A stretch of DNA of 64,000 nt from a virus (Duplodnaviria > Caudoviricetes): IMG/VR virus record IMGVR_UViG_3300035325_000364, positions 1,876-65,875 of that record; one strand, 5' to 3'. Shown here piece after piece: positions 63,852 to 64,000 of the stretch. The notes beneath the pieces were generated by a model. It ran no database searches. It was given only the letters and a program-made list of their open reading frames with translations, and was not told the origin of the DNA. The translations under genes and the position numbers were made by a program. How positions within the stretch are numbered: the stretch's first letter is position 1; each line of letters opens with the position of its first letter.

Positions 63852-64000
63852 TGCGGGCGATGCTCCAAGACGTGCTTATACTCGCTGTCCATGACATCCT
63901 CGCCTGTTACGCCGCAAGAATAAAACCAGTGGTGCGCATCGGGCTGGCAGCACGGACATTCCTCACAACTTTTGGGGAGGTCCATGTTAATTTGTATCAT

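Noticed and set aside
1-64000. CRISPR array, tRNA or rRNA genes
   Set aside because: No regularly spaced repeat-spacer units or cloverleaf/rRNA signatures seen by eye; a tRNAscan run would be needed to exclude tRNAs fully.

Overview
The whole window is a temperate contractile-tailed (myovirus-type) phage of a Firmicutes/Clostridia-type host; no host housekeeping genes are visible. Layout: leftward accessory genes (1-7214); a rightward replication block (7257-20633: SleB-like protein, DUF2800 nuclease, SSB, family A polymerase, ThyX, dCMP deaminase, VirE primase-helicase, ori-like iteron element, VRR-NUC, SNF2, late activator); a cro/cI/large serine recombinase switch (21568-23983); micro-ORF operons; then one long leftward run of lysis, DGR, tail, head and terminase genes, a ParB/methyltransferase/MetK/DUF1848 cluster and more accessory genes. 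Main discovery: the 14.3-kb replication block is bounded by two hybrid att-like sites (7236-7270 and 21532-21570) in inverted orientation. Flipping it in silico rebuilds a symmetric attP-like site, joins the replication genes to the cro operon, gives the promoterless leftward operon a promoter and co-orients almost the whole genome. This suggests a recombinase-driven inversion switch in which the phage carries its own attB. Also seen: a DGR (TR/VR 137 bp, 17 mismatches, all at template adenines; RT with YMDN; no avd), two type II hammerhead-like ribozymes, a 6-copy palindromic operator regulon, two copies of a ~300-bp ori-like element, two Ada-type Zn-domain paralogs and a probable +1 tail-chaperone frameshift. 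Family names come from motif recognition by eye; no database searches were run.
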